From a virus (Duplodnaviria > Caudoviricetes), in IMG/VR virus record IMGVR_UViG_3300024262_000125, positions 1-34,448 of that record: a DNA stretch of 34,448 nt. One strand, written 5' to 3'. Each line of letters opens with the position of its first letter. Positions within the stretch are counted from its first letter, which is position 1. Positions 1 through 8,377 of the stretch are shown piece after piece. The notes below the pieces were generated by a model. That model was not told where the DNA came from and searched no databases. It saw only the letters and a program-made list of their open reading frames with translations. Position numbers and translations under genes: made by a program.

Positions 1-31
1 TAACCTCGTTTCAAATCCGATACTTGAAGAC

Positions 32-57
32 TGTAGTGCGCCAGTTGAAATGGCCAT
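32..57 (+). repeat. Left terminal inverted repeat / transposase binding site
   Basis: TGTAGTGCGCCAGTTGAAATGGCCAT matches the reverse complement of 34376-34401 (TGTGAAACGACAACGTAAATGGCCAT) at 17/26 positions without gaps; further (T/C)GGCC(A) copies at ~70-76 and ~243-253. Confidence 0.85.
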
Positions 58-238
58 TTGCGCCAGTACATGGCCCCGGCGGTCTGGGTAAGGTGGGTAA
101 AATATCAGTTGCGGCGAAAAATCTTCGGGAAAAAATCAAAAACTCGGCCCAAAAAATTCTTTTTGAAAAATCAGAAGTTTTTGCCTTTTAGGGCCTTTGT
201 AAACCTCGTTGAAGACCAGTTTAATCACTGCTTAAAAA

Positions 239-481
239 TCAATTCGGCCATTTGTTCTTCGGACATTTTTCAGATTCGACCCTGGCCTTGGCCGGTACGA
301 AGCACTTGCATATTGAGCACCAGAGCGTTCGGTATCGCCAATAATTGTATTCGCACTTCTGGCAGGTCCGCACGCGGTCATCGGTGAACTCGTACTTCTT
401 GCCGCGCATCAGGTTGCCATAGCCGACTGCGATATTCCTGCCGGTCTTAAGAACAGATTTTGTTTTGCCGCAGCAGGACAT
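239..481 (-). CDS. Small Cys-rich protein
   Basis: R-x-x-x-CxxC...CxxCxCF..KA......CPxxKW pattern typical of small phage proteins; 1-bp overlap with upstream gene. Confidence 0.7.
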   Translation of the reverse strand: MSCCGKTKSVLKTGRNIAVGYGNLMRGKKYEFTDDRVRTCQKCEYNYWRYRTLWCSICKCFVPAKARVESEKCPKNKWPN

Positions 482-1047
482 TACGGACCGTCCACAAAGG
501 TAACCGTGCCATCATGGCCCAATTCGATTTCACAAGTTGTTTTTTCATTGGCCGCATTTGCGAGATTCATACAATTTGAGTCCCGTTCTGCTGATGACAG
601 CAAGAAGTATTCCGCACCATAGTAAGGCTCTTGTACACTAAGACTAATCCGGAGCGGACTGCCAAACAGGTAGGCTTCAAAATGCACATTTTGGTCCGCT
701 GAGCCAATAAAATTTTGACAGGCATCATCTGAATAAGATTCGCACGTTACGCCGTTCACCTTTGTATATGACCAGTGACAGGGACTTGCGGTTTGCTCAA
801 GAATAAATGATTGGTTGATATCGAAATTGTGCACCCATTTACGATAACCTCCTGCCCATGGCCCCCAGCAGCCCACACAGAGTATAATTCCGCTGAAAGT
901 TACCGTGATTCGTTTCGGGGTTGTGCCCGCATCACAATTTCCGCAATCCACGCCATACGGGTTCGCCCGCATAAGTTTTTCAGACACGGGGTCTCGCATC
1001 AGCTTTAATGTACTTGGGTCGCGCAATAATTTTCCAATTAGAGCCAT
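481..1047 (-). CDS. Cys-rich hypothetical protein, possibly virion-associated
   Basis: 188 aa ORF tightly coupled in the operon; beta-rich with many Cys; N-terminal L(L/M)RDP repeats; visibly lower GC. Confidence 0.65.
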   Translation of the reverse strand: MALIGKLLRDPSTLKLMRDPVSEKLMRANPYGVDCGNCDAGTTPKRITVTFSGIILCVGCWGPWAGGYRKWVHNFDINQSFILEQTASPCHWSYTKVNGVTCESYSDDACQNFIGSADQNVHFEAYLFGSPLRISLSVQEPYYGAEYFLLSSAERDSNCMNLANAANEKTTCEIELGHDGTVTFVDGP

Positions 1048-1049
1048 AC

Positions 1050-1730
1050 TTAAGGAGCCTCATAACAATCACATTCTTCTGTATCGGTATCGAATAATGC
1101 CACGCACCGCCATTTACCATCGATGAGCTCAGCGTACAAATACTTGCCACTTTGCAGCCGCGTCGCAGCAGTATTAAGGGCGGTGCCGTTGTAAATATCG
1201 CAATAAACCTCAACGTGATAACCCAGCTCACCTTCTGCCGCTTCGACCCCGTTATTGAGCACCATGTCGCAGGTGATGTGGTCGTTTGCCGTGGCGGATT
1301 CGGTGGTCTTGAACCGCCGTACCGGAGACGTCAGCGGTCTGCCAACCCACCGCTGGGTATTGCCGCTGTCAGCCATCTGCCAGGCACTGATGCGGTCGTA
1401 CTTGCCCAGGGCCGGTACGTAATCGGAAACCGGGTCATTCTCGATTAGATTCAGGACTACAACGGCTTCCGGCGTTTCGTCTTTCTCTGTGAATTTATCA
1501 TCGCCGTCGGTATCGTCCCACGCCGAGGCCAGCAATTTTTGCTCATAGCAGTCATACAATCCGTCGCCGCCGCCCGCCGACTGGACCTCGAATATCCGAA
1601 TATCGGCGCCGCCGCCTGGCGGGTGACGGACCGCCCGTCCGACCTGCGCTGCAGCCGGCGGTGAAAGCCGCTCGTTTTTGGCCGCCTGGTCGAAAAAAGC
1701 TGCACGCCTGGCTGTTTGGTCGCCGCTCAT
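1050..1730 (-). CDS. Hypothetical tail-associated protein
   Basis: 226 aa acidic beta-rich ORF, ATGA overlap with upstream gene. Confidence 0.6.
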   Translation of the reverse strand: MSGDQTARRAAFFDQAAKNERLSPPAAAQVGRAVRHPPGGGADIRIFEVQSAGGGDGLYDCYEQKLLASAWDDTDGDDKFTEKDETPEAVVVLNLIENDPVSDYVPALGKYDRISAWQMADSGNTQRWVGRPLTSPVRRFKTTESATANDHITCDMVLNNGVEAAEGELGYHVEVYCDIYNGTALNTAATRLQSGKYLYAELIDGKWRCVALFDTDTEECDCYEAP

Positions 1731-2794
1731 TTCTCACTCCAGTCGGCCTGCAGCCCGGATACGGCAGCCGGTCCGACGGCGTCGGCCGTCGCTGATGCAT
1801 AGTCGGTATTCTGCGTCTCTGCGCCGATTTCGCGGACCGAAACATTGTCAATTTCGACTACCGAATAGTGACCCTCCGGCGATGCGCTCGGGATGAACTT
1901 GATCGCTGAGCCGGCCCCGGCCGTGATAAGCTCCTCGTAAGTGCCCGTAGAGCTCCGCAGCGTGCCGTCCGTTCCGCCGACCTGGACCTTCGCCTGTCCG
2001 TACGCTTCAATCGAACCCAGCCTAAATTGGACTAAATAGGTTCGGCCTTCAATAATGCCAATATCCTGCTCTATGTTGCCGTAACCGCCGGATTCCGCCC
2101 ATATCGCCCAGCCCGTATCGGTAATAGTCCAGCCGTCCCCCTTGGTCCAGTCGGTGTCGGAATCGAACCCGCCGTTGGTAACCAATTCAGCGCCCGTCCA
2201 CTCGTCGCAATAGCTGCGAACGCAGAACTTATACAGCGTGCCGTCGCTGAGCGCATCGCTGGTCCATTCGAACTCGCCGAAACCGCCGAGTCCGTAGTCA
2301 ACCGTTGCGGCGGGCGAGGCAAAATTAAAGCCGCTGCCGGAATCGATATAAACGCGAAATCCCGTCGGCGCTATTTCCTCGCCGTCGCGGCTGTAGCGCC
2401 ATCGCAGCCTTATCTTACCTCCGGCAATCGTCTCGGCCTGCAGGTCGAGCGGCCGATTAGGCATAAGGCTCAGCATGTCAGCGTCGGCGCCGATGCGAAC
2501 GGTGCAGACATCGCTGTCGGGTGATTCCAGGCCGCAGCCGGACGCCTGGCGGCGAAGGTAATCGAACCTCGTGCCGGCGGGCAGGTTCTGGTTGGCGATT
2601 GATACCTGCGAGTCGCCCAGCTCCATCACGGCCTGTACGCTGCCATAATCCATAACGCCGTCCTGGCCGCGATAGACATTATGACACCCGGCTGTTCGGA
2701 ACCAGAACCAGCCAAAGCTCAGCACGGTCCCCAGCTTGAAGGCGTTGGCCGTCATTCCGCAAAACAGGGCATCGTTCAGGAATTTGGTCTCCAT
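1727..2794 (-). CDS. FN3-like virion protein with inserted carbohydrate-binding-like domain
   Basis: P.DL.A...IRLRW...GFRVY...LSDGTLYKFCVRSY FN3 signature; ELVTNGGF...W...IDNVSV jelly-roll/CBM-like segment. Confidence 0.7.
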   Translation of the reverse strand: METKFLNDALFCGMTANAFKLGTVLSFGWFWFRTAGCHNVYRGQDGVMDYGSVQAVMELGDSQVSIANQNLPAGTRFDYLRRQASGCGLESPDSDVCTVRIGADADMLSLMPNRPLDLQAETIAGGKIRLRWRYSRDGEEIAPTGFRVYIDSGSGFNFASPAATVDYGLGGFGEFEWTSDALSDGTLYKFCVRSYCDEWTGAELVTNGGFDSDTDWTKGDGWTITDTGWAIWAESGGYGNIEQDIGIIEGRTYLVQFRLGSIEAYGQAKVQVGGTDGTLRSSTGTYEELITAGAGSAIKFIPSASPEGHYSVVEIDNVSVREIGAETQNTDYASATADAVGPAAVSGLQADWSEK

Positions 2795-3264
2795 CAGCTC
2801 GGCGTCCTGGTGAGCGTCGATTCGCCGTCGGTCGGCGTATGCGTCAGGACCACGCTTTCGCCCTCGTCATCGTAATACTCAACCGCGCCGGTATTTTTAT
2901 TTTGAACCGCCTTGTTGCACAATATCTGCCGTACTATCTCCGGAACTCTGTTTCTGATTGAAAATGTGGCCAAAGGGACATTGACGTTTTCGCCATCAAC
3001 TACGGCTCCCGTAAGAACAACGGAGTAATCAGATTGAGCCTCGTAAAAGCTGTGGCTTAAATCTATTTGGCACAAATGAACGCCCGGAAGCGAATCGTGA
3101 CCGATCGTATAGATTATGCCGTCGCTTCTTTCGACGGCGTTATCGTCTTTGTAAACCCGGATAGTGCCCACCGTACTGGGGTCGATGCTGCTGCCGCTTT
3201 TGCTTGTTGTTCCAAACAAGAACGTTACCGTGCCGTTTTTGTCATAGTCGCCTAAATATCTCAT
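2794..3264 (-). CDS. Putative virion structural protein (Ig-like/baseplate-upper-like)
   Basis: 156 aa Thr/Ser/Val-rich beta protein, coupled to neighbours. Confidence 0.55.
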   Translation of the reverse strand: MRYLGDYDKNGTVTFLFGTTSKSGSSIDPSTVGTIRVYKDDNAVERSDGIIYTIGHDSLPGVHLCQIDLSHSFYEAQSDYSVVLTGAVVDGENVNVPLATFSIRNRVPEIVRQILCNKAVQNKNTGAVEYYDDEGESVVLTHTPTDGESTLTRTPS

Positions 3265-3266
3265 TG

Positions 3267-4829
3267 TTAATTAACCACAGAAACCATACCTACAGGTTTT
3301 AATAAGAACTTGTCGTCTTGGGTGCCGAAACCGTTATTGTACAGTTTGGCCCTCTCATATGCCGTTAATGCTCGTTTGTAAATCCGAAAATCATCAAGGG
3401 CACCATTAAAATCTTCCTCCTGCGGCGGGCTCCCTATGTATATCGGCTCGTCATTTGACAGTTGCGCCCCATCTGCTATCCCGTGCTCAGACATATCAAG
3501 CTGATTGTCAATAAAGATAAACATATTTTGGCCGTCTTTTATGCAGATTACAAAATGCCAGTAACCATCATTGATTAAGATATGCCCGAGCATATCCACA
3601 TCTTCGACCACAAATCCTATATGACCTGATTTCAAAAATATCGCGTATCCATCATTACCGAGCCCGGCCTCATCACGACTTATGATGCAGGGACAATCAT
3701 ACCAATTAGTCCCGGTGGCGGTGGATGTCGTTTTGACCCAGAATGCAACCGTTATGTCATCAGAATCCAAAGCACTGTTATTTACGACAGTCAATCTGTC
3801 AGGTTTGGAGGCGTCAAATTCTAAAGCATTCCCAAGCTTTCCGGGAATAGTCATCGTATTAACGTTGTTACGTGAAATAGCATCCAGTCCATTTATAGAA
3901 CTATCTACGACAGTTGTTCCCGAGGTTTCATCCATTTTGAAATGCAAAATCAAATCTCTTTCCGGGTCGAGCAGTCTTTCCGGCATATAAAAACTCAATT
4001 TGTGAATGCCCGGATGTGCAGGCCACCAGCCGGGATTTTTCATCAATTGTGCGCCGGCCATATTTTCAAAAAGGTCGGAAGATTCGTCGTAATAAATACC
4101 GCCATTTTCATAATCATCGAGATATATACGCCAAGTGTTGCCAATTTTGACCAAACTTGGCCCTTCGTGGTTACCCATTAAATCAGACCATCCGCACCAA
4201 TTACAGGCGACCTGCGGCGTGTAACCGCTCAGCGGCGAAGTGGACGCGGCATAAATTACGGCCGCAGGAGAGCAAGATTCGCGTTTGTAAAAAAGATAAT
4301 ATGTCCCGTTTTCTTTTATTATGTACCCATCTATTATATTGTCCTGAATACCTGTAATCTTCGTCGGCGCAGACCACGAAGTCATTGCACCGTTTAACGG
4401 GTGAATGTCAAACAGATGAAACACGTTTGCAGGGTTTCCTTTTAGAGCAACTATGCAATACAATTGCCCATCATCATCTAAGAACCATTCAGGCGCCCAG
4501 CAATAATTAACCGTGCTATACCCGTCGGGCAGCTTTTGAACCCAGGTGACATGCTCCCAGTTGTATAAATCTCGCGACTTGGCCACACCGAAACGGTCGC
4601 CCGTATAGACATGTATCGTAGGGTCAATATTGTTATTCGTGTAGACCATCCACCACCATCCCCGATACCATATTATTGAAGGGTCGCGCAGGACATATTC
4701 AGGTGCTTCATAAAGAGGACCATTGCGAATCATTTTCCATCTCAAGCCATCCGGACTTGCCCAGATATACAGTTTTTGGCTATCGTTGCATTTGTGTCCG
4801 GTCATTAAATACTTATATTGTGTAATCAT
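3267..4829 (-). CDS. GH43-like five-bladed beta-propeller glycoside hydrolase fused to C-terminal LamG/ConA-like domain
   Basis: RDPSI, WAPEW, IDG and EGP motifs (catalytic D, D, E); LHFKMDE..G..V.DSS...GK.GNAL.F...ITVAFWVK...DG.WHFV...FNG.LDDFRIY.RAL is a LamG signature; AT-rich segment. Confidence 0.85.
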   Translation of the reverse strand: MITQYKYLMTGHKCNDSQKLYIWASPDGLRWKMIRNGPLYEAPEYVLRDPSIIWYRGWWWMVYTNNNIDPTIHVYTGDRFGVAKSRDLYNWEHVTWVQKLPDGYSTVNYCWAPEWFLDDDGQLYCIVALKGNPANVFHLFDIHPLNGAMTSWSAPTKITGIQDNIIDGYIIKENGTYYLFYKRESCSPAAVIYAASTSPLSGYTPQVACNWCGWSDLMGNHEGPSLVKIGNTWRIYLDDYENGGIYYDESSDLFENMAGAQLMKNPGWWPAHPGIHKLSFYMPERLLDPERDLILHFKMDETSGTTVVDSSINGLDAISRNNVNTMTIPGKLGNALEFDASKPDRLTVVNNSALDSDDITVAFWVKTTSTATGTNWYDCPCIISRDEAGLGNDGYAIFLKSGHIGFVVEDVDMLGHILINDGYWHFVICIKDGQNMFIFIDNQLDMSEHGIADGAQLSNDEPIYIGSPPQEEDFNGALDDFRIYKRALTAYERAKLYNNGFGTQDDKFLLKPVGMVSVVN

Positions 4830-4901
4830 AAATTACTATCCATCAAACAGGTAACCAATTCAGAAAATGTATCTATCGTATGATACAAGCTAACCCCTTT
4901 C

Positions 4902-5090
4902 TCATTCCACACCACCTTTTTTTCGCAGGTCAATCAGTCCCTGGATCATGATGTAAATAGTAACGATAATCGTCATTTGCCACGTAACCTGCCCTGCGAT
5001 TTCCGGCCTGTCTTTGACGAGGAAGGCGAGGCTTATGACTGTTGTCGCTACCACCCCCAGCTTTTTGCTGATAATTTGATTGATGTCCAT
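4902..5090 (-). CDS. Small two-TM membrane protein, holin-like
   Basis: SKKL + two hydrophobic helices + YI..QG..D + basic C-terminus; ATG at 5090 preferred over TTG at 5105. Confidence 0.55.
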   Translation of the reverse strand: MDINQIISKKLGVVATTVISLAFLVKDRPEIAGQVTWQMTIIVTIYIMIQGLIDLRKKGGVE

Positions 5091-5109
5091 TTTTTTAACC
5101 AACAATCAA

Positions 5110-5496
5110 TTAAGTCGGCTGTTCCGTTCCGAAAACGTCCAGAATGCAGGTACACGCAGTGCCGGCGGCCGTGGTCACGTCGGCCACGAAATCGGTCCCG
5201 GCGGCGTATTCGACTATCGCCGGGGGCGTTGCGCTCGGCACCGGCTGAATCTTGGTTGACTTGCCGGCTGCGCTCAAATTGCTCAGCGTAGTCGCGCCGA
5301 CGAAGTCCGTCTTCGCGGCGCTCTGCCCCAGGGTTAAAACCGTATTGCCGGCGTCGGCCGACAGCTCGCGTGGTTTGACGTGGTCAACAATCGTCTTTTT
5401 GCCCGTCACAAACGTCATCAGGGTTGTCGCAGCGACGGCGTTCAGGTCGACCGCCTTACTGCCCAGAAGCGATATCCCTTCGTTGTTCATGTCCAT
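5110..5496 (-). CDS. Putative virion structural/decoration protein
   Basis: 128 aa Ala/Thr-rich beta protein; AAGGGA SD upstream. Confidence 0.55.
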   Translation of the reverse strand: MDMNNEGISLLGSKAVDLNAVAATTLMTFVTGKKTIVDHVKPRELSADAGNTVLTLGQSAAKTDFVGATTLSNLSAAGKSTKIQPVPSATPPAIVEYAAGTDFVADVTTAAGTACTCILDVFGTEQPT

Positions 5497-5511
5497 AAAT
5501 GTATCCCTTTC

Positions 5512-6033
5512 TTACGCTTTAGTTACTACTTCGTTGTTTTTGCAGACCACCTCGTTGTTTTTGCAGACAACATCGGCGGCCGTGATATAATCCTTCGGAA
5601 TCCGCAGAAAGCTCTGCCCTCGAAGGTCCCGCACGTCCGTAATTACGCCGTCGGCGTCGACGTCGATTTCCGCCAGCTTTACATGCTCCGATTGCGGCCA
5701 GCCGTCGCCGTCAATCGCTGAATCTACGGCGTTCGCGGGCGTCAGCCAGATATACGTCGTATCGCTGTCGGTCGGGTCCACCGCCGAGCCGGGCGCAAAT
5801 GTCTTGACCGTGCCCTTGTAGATGTAGTCGCCGCCTCGAACGTTGAAAGTTGTCGGCGATGGCAGGTGAACGCCGAGCGGCAGGACCCAGCCTAAGGCGT
5901 TAAGCAGCCCCCAGACGAACTGCTTGTGTTCGCCGTAAAAATTCGAGTTGTTAAACGTCACCAGCTCGAGCCCGAGCCCTTCCAGGTAAGTACCGATATC
6001 CGCCTCTGCCGGATAGCCGCCGCTCATTGCCAT
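5512..6033 (-). CDS. Putative tail-fibre/baseplate-associated protein with C-terminal VVCKNNE repeats
   Basis: LAEI.V...G.IT.V.D.R motif common in tail-fibre N-terminal domains; 21-bp tandem repeat at 5531-5568. Confidence 0.6.
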   Translation of the reverse strand: MAMSGGYPAEADIGTYLEGLGLELVTFNNSNFYGEHKQFVWGLLNALGWVLPLGVHLPSPTTFNVRGGDYIYKGTVKTFAPGSAVDPTDSDTTYIWLTPANAVDSAIDGDGWPQSEHVKLAEIDVDADGVITDVRDLRGQSFLRIPKDYITAADVVCKNNEVVCKNNEVVTKA

Positions 6034-6034
6034 A

Positions 6035-6385
6035 TCAAGTTCCCTTCTTTATCTCGATAATCGCCAGGCTCAATTCGTGCCATTTCGCTAACAGCTCTGC
6101 CTTGCGGGCGGCGTTAAGCTCCTGCCGCATCTCATCGCCGACTCGGTCGCGTTCGGCCCGCAGCTCATCTATGCCTTTGCACACCCCGGCGTCGGGTACA
6201 TAAGGCACATCGGGCACATCGGGCACGTGCAGGGCGGCTTCCTTTTTTTCTTCGGCCTCGGCCGCCTCTCTCGCGTGCAGGTCCATCAGGGCGAGCTGTC
6301 CCGCCTCGATTTCGTCCAGGCAGCCGGATTCCTGCCGTATGGCCTTTCGCTCTTTGAATTCGTATGTATCAGCCAGGTCACTCAC
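6035..6385 (-). CDS. Hypothetical early protein (FxERxAI motif)
   Basis: YEFKERKAIRQESG resembles the FEERAAIxExDGG small phage domain; internal PDV repeats. Confidence 0.6.
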   Translation of the reverse strand: MSDLADTYEFKERKAIRQESGCLDEIEAGQLALMDLHAREAAEAEEKKEAALHVPDVPDVPYVPDAGVCKGIDELRAERDRVGDEMRQELNAARKAELLAKWHELSLAIIEIKKGT

Positions 6386-6662
6386 TCGCTTCGTCCTTTT
6401 TCTTTTCCGCCTCGGAAGTTGCCGGCGCCATGTTCAGGTCTGCAATAATAATTCGCATCTTCAGTTTGTAGGCCAGCACGGTAAGCTGGGCCAGGGTAAT
6501 CTCGCAGCCCTCGGCCGCCGGCCAGTTTAGAGGCAGCTCGAATCCGAGTTCGATCTGGGCGTAACCGCTTCGGCTATAGCCCAGCTCTTTCATGCGGTCG
6601 CTGATCTGGTTGGCCAGCCGAATCCGGTCGCTGCCGTTCATCTCGACAATTACTGTTTCCAT
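6378..6662 (-). CDS. Hypothetical early protein
   Basis: 94 aa ORF coupled in the leftward operon. Confidence 0.6.
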   Translation of the reverse strand: METVIVEMNGSDRIRLANQISDRMKELGYSRSGYAQIELGFELPLNWPAAEGCEITLAQLTVLAYKLKMRIIIADLNMAPATSEAEKKKDEASE

Positions 6663-6665
6663 TTT

Positions 6666-7046
6666 TCACCCCGTCGCGATAGTTGCGCAGCCCAGGATTT
6701 TCTGTTCGAACAAAAATCCCTGCCCGCCGGCGTAATCAATAGCCCTTTTTTTCCGATAAGCATCGGCCAGAATCTTCTTTGCGTCGATATTACGGTGCTC
6801 TAAATACTCACGCCACAAGCCGGTATCCTGAGTCAGCCAGTATCCCTGGGTTATACTGCCGATAATCATCGCGCCGCCGCTGCGAAGCTGCCTTACGATT
6901 GCCCGAACGCGCCGACGCTGCGTCTCGCGCACACCCGGCAGTTGCAATCGCATGGCGATATTCGCCGCCGTTACCGGCTGCGCCGCCTGCCGCAATATCG
7001 ACAGGCATCCAGCCGCCTGGTCACTGCTGATAATTGCCTTATTCAC
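6666..7046 (-). CDS. Winged-helix DNA-binding protein
   Basis: VTAANIAMRL..RRVRAIVRQLR..G..I.GS..GYWL is a wHTH-with-wing pattern. Confidence 0.65.
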   Translation of the reverse strand: MNKAIISSDQAAGCLSILRQAAQPVTAANIAMRLQLPGVRETQRRRVRAIVRQLRSGGAMIIGSITQGYWLTQDTGLWREYLEHRNIDAKKILADAYRKKRAIDYAGGQGFLFEQKILGCATIATG

Positions 7047-7554
7047 AATAATCCACCGCCTTGAGCCGGCCGGGCTCGGCGAAAAATGTGTTCTTCATCA
7101 CCCGCCGAGCCCCGATATCCACCAGCTCCTCATCCGTGAGCTTGCCCATCGCATCCTTGTCCACGGTTTCTTTCGTGCGTATAAGCGTTTGCGCCTTTGC
7201 CCGCGAGAATAATTCCTTGATAAGCCACAGCGTATTCTTTTTGACGTGCATCACCGTGCTCTTGCGCCAGCCGAGCACGCCCCAATTGAGCTGGCGGCTC
7301 TTTTGTCCCTTGAATTCCGCCCGCCGTGCCACGGCGAAGGCCTCGAGGCTCTTGACGTACTGCTGTTGCTGGCCGCCAAAGAGTTTTACCGCCTCGGCCA
7401 GTTCGGCCTTGACCTCGTTGATATCGTCCCCGGCCTTCGCCTCGGCGGCGGCGACCTTGAGCTGCAAGTCTCCCAGGTCCCGCAGTAACTGGTCGGCCTT
7501 CTCCCAGTTATCGATGGTTATAAGTGCGGTCGTATCAGGCTTGATTCGCGCCAT
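7039..7554 (-). CDS. gam: Host-nuclease inhibitor Gam family protein
   Basis: I.NWE.AD..L..L...long helix...F...KS..L.WG.LGWRKS...IRTKE.VDK...G......FF.E; position in the Mu-like early operon. Confidence 0.88.
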   Translation of the reverse strand: MARIKPDTTALITIDNWEKADQLLRDLGDLQLKVAAAEAKAGDDINEVKAELAEAVKLFGGQQQQYVKSLEAFAVARRAEFKGQKSRQLNWGVLGWRKSTVMHVKKNTLWLIKELFSRAKAQTLIRTKETVDKDAMGKLTDEELVDIGARRVMKNTFFAEPGRLKAVDYCE

Positions 7555-8047
7555 CCCTGGCCTCCTGTTCTTCCTTGATATTTTTTAGCGTGGAATGCTT
7601 CGTGCCGACAGCGCGGTTAAACATCGCCTTCAATGCCTCGATGATTTTATAGGCCTCTTCCGGCCATAATAGCGCGAGATTGTTGCATCTCTTTTTGGTC
7701 ATTCGACTAAGCATCCCTCCGAGCTGCTCGTCGGTCCAGCCTAAATCGCCGGCCAGGTGCCGAATCGCCGCATGTTGGGCATCACTGGCAAAACCGGTTT
7801 GGTTAAAGATTTTTGAACGGTAAAAATCAGCCGGGGCGTCGGGACGCTGGAATCCCTGCGCCTCGCAAATCGCAAGCAGGTCGTCAAGCTGCCCATTGTT
7901 GAGCTGCTTGCAGCTCGTAACCGGCGTGCCGTCCGGCTGTGTGTACCGGCTCAGCAGGAACCGATACCGCCCTTCGGCGCCTTTGCCTCGCAGACCGGCC
8001 GCCCGAACAGCCGTTTGAACAAGTTTTATCTGCTCTTTATTAAGCAT
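7535..8047 (-). CDS. gemA: GemA / Mu gp16 (DUF1018)-like regulatory protein
   Basis: QIKLVQTA.R..GL...YR.LL...SCKQL...Q...IR.L...LGW...L.....R...L...EA.KIIEALKAM..R pattern. Confidence 0.8.
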   Translation of the reverse strand: MLNKEQIKLVQTAVRAAGLRGKGAEGRYRFLLSRYTQPDGTPVTSCKQLNNGQLDDLLAICEAQGFQRPDAPADFYRSKIFNQTGFASDAQHAAIRHLAGDLGWTDEQLGGMLSRMTKKRCNNLALLWPEEAYKIIEALKAMFNRAVGTKHSTLKNIKEEQEARDGANQA

Positions 8048-8183
8048 TTACCGCCTCGATAAAATAGTCGGCAAATCCGGTTCCTTCGCATTCCTCGCAA
8101 ACAGAGCCGTCGCTAAAACCACCCAAACCATCGCAACCGTGGCACACTTCGGTTTCAGTCTCAAATTCAGATGCAGTGTCCAT
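8040..8183 (-). CDS. 47-aa DnaJ-type zinc-finger protein (not in ORF track)
   Basis: MDTASEFETETEVCHGCDGLGGFSDGSVCEECEGTGFADYFIEAVNA has two CxxCxGxG motifs; stop overlaps the gemA start. Confidence 0.7.
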   Translation of the reverse strand: MDTASEFETETEVCHGCDGLGGFSDGSVCEECEGTGFADYFIEAVNA

Positions 8184-8191
8184 AGTTTCAC

Positions 8192-8377
8192 TCAATCTTT
8201 CTTAATCGAAGCCCACAATGACCGTTCCAGCTCCTCGACAGAGCTGCAGTGTAGAAAGAAGCACATGCGCCACACCTCTTTCAGCGGCAGCATTTTCAAA
8301 TGCGTTCGCAACCCACGCTGGATTCGGCACGCCGGCACGCCCAAGTGCCATCTTATTCTCTCGCTGATATCGCCCAT
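8192..8377 (-). CDS. Small hypothetical protein
   Basis: ATG immediately after the MuB stop; fills the operon gap. Confidence 0.5.
   Translation of the reverse strand: MGDISERIRWHLGVPACRIQRGLRTHLKMLPLKEVWRMCFFLHCSSVEELERSLWASIKKD

Noticed and set aside
1-216. AACCTCGTT and GAAGAC shared between the left flank and 202-216
   Set aside because: Short matches with different spacing; compatible with chance
58-387. 109-aa plus-strand ORF
   Set aside because: Overlaps the terminal binding-site region and a better minus-strand gene; no motif or SD
239-6033. Invertible G-segment or diversity-generating retroelement acting on tail genes
   Set aside because: No serine invertase, no flanking inverted recombination sites, no reverse transcriptase and no TR/VR pair seen
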